Below, in pieces: positions 60,402-64,000 of a DNA stretch of 64,000 nt (within the stretch, counting starts at the first letter, position 1; each line of letters opens with the position of its first letter). The notes under the pieces were generated by a model. It searched no databases. It saw only the letters and a list, made by a program, of their open reading frames with translations, and was not told the DNA's origin. The translations under genes were made by a program, and so were the position numbers. The stretch is from Armatimonadota bacterium (GTDB lineage Bacteria > Armatimonadota > HRBIN16): NCBI GenBank assembly GCA_963677485.1, contig OY781964.1:2912001-2976000 (forward strand). The letters run 5' to 3'.

Positions 60402-62240
60402 CTACGGCACGATGGGCGGGCGAAGAAGCTCCGCGAAGCCGTTCTCCACACCGCTGTAGCAGCCCGGACCGGTGAGGTTCCAGGTCCAGAACAGCCCTCC
60501 AGAATACCCCAGTTCCTTGATCTGCCGCCGGATGGTCAGCACCTGCTGTTTGGCCTGCTCCAGCGGGATATGTGTGAAGGCTCCGTATTCCCCCACAAAC
60601 ACCGGTTTGCCATTTCGGCAGAGCGCCTCCCATTCGTGCCCCTCTTTGTTGATAAGCGGACTGTCACCCCAGGGGTAGATGTGGATATCCAGGCAGTCCA
60701 GCTTACAGGATGGGCTGCTGAGCACGCTAGGTCTGGGGCAGTAGCGCTGGTCAGCCGTCACACCTTCTGACAGGTTGACACCGCCATCGGGTGCGCGTCG
60801 GAAGGCGTCGGCCGTCCACATGCCGGCAGTGGTCAATGCCTTGGGGTCGATCTTCTTGACCACATCCGACAGGCGGTTAGCCCAGTAGACCACGCCGTCA
60901 TCATAGCAGGCCTGCCTTTGTTCTTTGCTATCCATACGGTAGCTTCGGCCATTGGCGGTGGCGACAACCCCTTTTGATCTGCTGAACGGAGCATCCATCC
61001 CGTTCACGAAAAGCTCATTTGAGAATGACCAGGCCAGCACGCAGTTCAACAAGCCCTGATCAGCATTCTTCACGGCCGTGACGAACTGCTTGATAGCCTC
61101 CGCTTTAGCCTCAATCAACCCTTTGGTCAGGTATTGCCGGTTGTAGCCAGATACCCCGGGTATAGGCGTCGATCTGTCATATTTATCCGTGATGTAGTTG
61201 AAATAGTAATTCCGTGGTGTTTCGTCAAACACAGGGATCACATAGATGCGATGAGCCGTGCACCGGCGCAGGAAATCCACGAAGTTTTCAAGGTAGGCCG
61301 GGTTAAGTCCGCGACTGTCAGGTAGACCGCACCAGCCGTCGGGTTTCACCACCTCGCCCCATGCCCATACGCGGATGGCGTTCGCTCCAGCCGCTTGAAG
61401 TGCGGCCAGCATAGATTCGATACGCGCCGAATCATATGTCTTGGTGTTGAACATGCTGTGCCAGTGGGTGTCGGAGCTGAGTTCGGTGTAATTATATCCT
61501 TGCGGCGAATAGACAGCACCGGTATCGAGCCACACGAACTGCCCTGGCAACCCCTTGCGCGTACGGACGCCAATCCGCGGCAGCGGTTTGACTGGGGGCT
61601 GTTTTCGGACAACCGGCTGTATGCCCGCAATAGGAACAAGCGGTACCAGAGGCGCTTCGATCCCCTGTACGCTGAGGTTGGAGTAATTGGCCCCGTTGAA
61701 GTAGTTGACCAGCAGCACCTCACCCTCCCTATATGCGGAAGACTGGTCCCTACCTGGGCTTGATTGGGCGATGAGAGGTGGTTGGTCATCTACCCAGGCG
61801 GATATCTTGCCACCTTCGACTATCGCTCGCAGGTGCACAGTTTGCTTACGCAGATCAAGCCCTGTTTCGCGTTTGGCCAGTTCCGCCACACCTTGATCAC
61901 TGATGCAAAGCTGACCAGAGCTGCGGATCATGATCAGGATGCCTTCCTGGAAGACGGACAGTGCCAGCGGATTGCGGTTGTGAATCTGTATGCCCGCCCA
62001 GTTCTGGCCGACATCACCATATTCGGCGGTGATTTTGAGATCGACATTCACCTCTACATCGCGAAAGCGGTGACCGGTCCAACTGAGCGTGCCTGCTTGC
62101 CGGCTACGGTCGTCATGCTGGATAGATCGGCCGTTGAACGTCCATTCGCCCCCTGACGCGGCCCAGTTTTGCATATCGTCGGCGTTAAATGTAACGAGGG
62201 GGCCCGGTTTCCCGGACCCCTTAGTGTTTGCTTGTGGCAT
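60402..62240 (-). CDS. Glycoside hydrolase (GH5-like TIM barrel) with an N-terminal concanavalin/DUF1080-like domain
   Basis: AGANAIRVW, WSFSNE (acid/base), LDIHIYP, KPVFVGEYG (nucleophile), LFWTW; ATG 62240 follows the SPFH stop. Confidence 0.75.
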   Translation of the reverse strand: MPQANTKGSGKPGPLVTFNADDMQNWAASGGEWTFNGRSIQHDDRSRQAGTLSWTGHRFRDVEVNVDLKITAEYGDVGQNWAGIQIHNRNPLALSVFQEGILIMIRSSGQLCISDQGVAELAKRETGLDLRKQTVHLRAIVEGGKISAWVDDQPPLIAQSSPGRDQSSAYREGEVLLVNYFNGANYSNLSVQGIEAPLVPLVPIAGIQPVVRKQPPVKPLPRIGVRTRKGLPGQFVWLDTGAVYSPQGYNYTELSSDTHWHSMFNTKTYDSARIESMLAALQAAGANAIRVWAWGEVVKPDGWCGLPDSRGLNPAYLENFVDFLRRCTAHRIYVIPVFDETPRNYYFNYITDKYDRSTPIPGVSGYNRQYLTKGLIEAKAEAIKQFVTAVKNADQGLLNCVLAWSFSNELFVNGMDAPFSRSKGVVATANGRSYRMDSKEQRQACYDDGVVYWANRLSDVVKKIDPKALTTAGMWTADAFRRAPDGGVNLSEGVTADQRYCPRPSVLSSPSCKLDCLDIHIYPWGDSPLINKEGHEWEALCRNGKPVFVGEYGAFTHIPLEQAKQQVLTIRRQIKELGYSGGLFWTWNLTGPGCYSGVENGFAELLRPPIVP

Positions 62241-62241
62241 A

Positions 62242-63246
62242 CTACCCTGCCTGGACGTTCTTCGGAGCCGGTTTATCCAGTTTTGAGAAGATCTCCTTGA
62301 TGCCGCCCAAGGCACCCAGCACACCAGTTGCTTCGTATGGAATGTAGATGGTCTTGTTGTCTTTTCCGCTGACCATGTTCTGCAGTGTTTCGATGTATTT
62401 CACCGCGATCAAATAGCTGGCAGGATCGCCGCCTGAGCTGGAAATCGCAGCGGTGACCAGGTTAATCGCTTCACCTTCAGCTTGAGCCACTTTCACTCGG
62501 GCGAGTGCCTCACCCTCCGCTCGAAGGATCATAGACTGTTTGATACCCTCTGCCTTGTTGATTTCTGACTGTTTCATACCCTCGGCGGTGAGGATGGCCG
62601 CTTGCTTCTGACCTTCAGCCTCCAGGATGATGGCGCGGCGGTCTCGCTCGGCGCGCATCTGTTTTTCCATGGCGGCTTTGATGTCGGCTGGGGGAATGAT
62701 ATCCTGCAGTTCGACTCGGGTGACCTTAACGCCCCACTTGTCGCTGGCTTCATCAAGCACGATGCGCAGCTTGCCGTTGATCGTCTCGCGTGAGGTCAAG
62801 GTGTGGTCAAACTCCATCTCGCCGATGATGTTACGCAGTGTAGTCTGTGTCAGCTTCTCGATGGCATCTGGCAGGTTGGCTATTTCATAAACCACGCGTT
62901 TAGGATCGACAATCTGGAAATAGATCATCGCATTGATTTCAATCGCTACGTTGTCGCGGGTGATGACATTCTGCTTCGGGAAGTCATATACTGTCTCGCG
63001 CAGGTCCACACGGGTGATCTGCTCACGGCGGACAAATGTGCGGCCTGAGGGGTCAGTTCGGTTATATCTCCAGTCCACAACTCTCGGTTTATCGATGATC
63101 GGCCAGATGATATGCAGGCCCGAGGTCAGCGTTTTGTGGTATGTGCCCAGCCGTTCTATCACGATGGACTCGGCCTGTGCCACCACTTTAACACCACTTA
63201 AGATGAACAGCACCACGAACAGGAGCAAGATCAAGATTACTTGCAT
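62242..63246 (-). CDS. SPFH/band 7 (stomatin-like, QmcA-type) protein
   Basis: IERLGTYHKTL, VITRDNV, QTTLRNIIG, WGVKVTRVE, QMRAERDRRA. Confidence 0.93.
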   Translation of the reverse strand: MQVILILLLFVVLFILSGVKVVAQAESIVIERLGTYHKTLTSGLHIIWPIIDKPRVVDWRYNRTDPSGRTFVRREQITRVDLRETVYDFPKQNVITRDNVAIEINAMIYFQIVDPKRVVYEIANLPDAIEKLTQTTLRNIIGEMEFDHTLTSRETINGKLRIVLDEASDKWGVKVTRVELQDIIPPADIKAAMEKQMRAERDRRAIILEAEGQKQAAILTAEGMKQSEINKAEGIKQSMILRAEGEALARVKVAQAEGEAINLVTAAISSSGGDPASYLIAVKYIETLQNMVSGKDNKTIYIPYEATGVLGALGGIKEIFSKLDKPAPKNVQAG

Positions 63247-63247
63247 T

Positions 63248-63703
63248 TTAGCCCTCCTGGCTACTTAAGGTCACAGTGAGTGTGCACCCCTCAATGGAGA
63301 TGACCACCACTTCACTTCCAACTGGTATTGGTTCTTTTTCGGTTGTTCTCGCGCGCCAGTCGTCGCCTCCACACTTTACGCGTCCCTGCGAACCATCGAG
63401 CTCAATCTGTTGCGTGACACGCCCCGTCTTGCCTATCAGCGAAAGCGCGTTGGTCTGCTCCCCCTTTTTGTTGTATGCCGGCATGAACTTTAACATCAAA
63501 GGGCGGATGAACACAAACAGAACGGCAGCCGCGATGATATACACCAGGAGCTGCACGGTAGTGGCTGTTTTTGGTGCGATGAGTGTGACCAGCGCCGGCA
63601 CGATGGCGGCGATGCCCAAGACACCGGCTACAAACCCAGGCGTGAATATCTCTAAAATCAGCAGGACGATCAGCACGATCATCCAAGAATGCCAGACTTC
63701 CAT
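63248..63703 (-). CDS. NfeD-like (YbbJ-type) membrane protein
   Basis: LEIFTPGF TM region, SLIGKTGRV, GRVKCGGDDWRA OB-fold; coupled to the SPFH gene. Confidence 0.9.
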   Translation of the reverse strand: MEVWHSWMIVLIVLLILEIFTPGFVAGVLGIAAIVPALVTLIAPKTATTVQLLVYIIAAAVLFVFIRPLMLKFMPAYNKKGEQTNALSLIGKTGRVTQQIELDGSQGRVKCGGDDWRARTTEKEPIPVGSEVVVISIEGCTLTVTLSSQEG

Positions 63704-63908
63704 GAGGGGGTTCCTCCCAGTATCACCATATGAGGTGATTTACGGTTATATCATACCCGAAAATCGCGTTGAAAGGATGTTGATGTAGATGAATAATGAG
63801 TGCGGAGTATGGAGATAGAAACGTGGAACGGTGAAGTTCCTAAAATGCAGACTAACGAGTGAAAATGCAGTCATCGAGTCGCCGGAGGTTGCTTGTAAAA
63901 ACTTGGTT

Positions 63909-63974
63909 GGCTATGTCCGGGGCGGTCTGTCAGTACGCCTGCGGTGGCCACAGTCTATAGACCGCGCCGGTCTT
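63909..63974. repeat. Repeat family A copy
   Basis: GGCTATGTCCGGGGCGGTCTGTCAGTACGC...AGACCGCGCCGGTCT. Confidence 0.75.
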
Positions 63975-64000
63975 GTTCGTGGAACGTATCTTTCAGGGCT

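Overview
This is a GC-rich bacterial chromosomal window. The gene content (porin, many secreted glycoside-hydrolase-like proteins, pseudopilin-like paralogs) suggests a diderm carbohydrate degrader, but the lineage cannot be fixed from the sequence alone. The backbone carries prfB, ftsK, proA, a rhamnulokinase-type kinase, a cheB/cheR-PAS gene plus hybrid histidine kinase, a CobB-type sirtuin, an SPFH/NfeD pair, tRNA-Glu(CTC), two tandem paralog clusters, and intergenic DNA packed with several REP/MITE-like repeat families, including a 215-bp tandem array. The standout is an AT-rich island (~35.9-43.5 kb) holding one tightly coupled operon: NurA-like nuclease, HerA ATPase, GHKL/MORC-like ATPase and a B12-domain-like radical SAM enzyme. 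I do not recognise this as a named system; it is a candidate defence or DNA-modification system. Its GHKL gene is split by a 1652-bp element flanked by TTAG direct repeats. The element lacks terminal inverted repeats, has a terminal hairpin, and encodes a 511-aa protein with Rep_trans-like (rolling-circle tyrosine nickase) motifs rather than a DDE transposase. Removing it restores an in-frame 511-aa GHKL gene. All product calls come from motif recognition by eye; no database searches were run.
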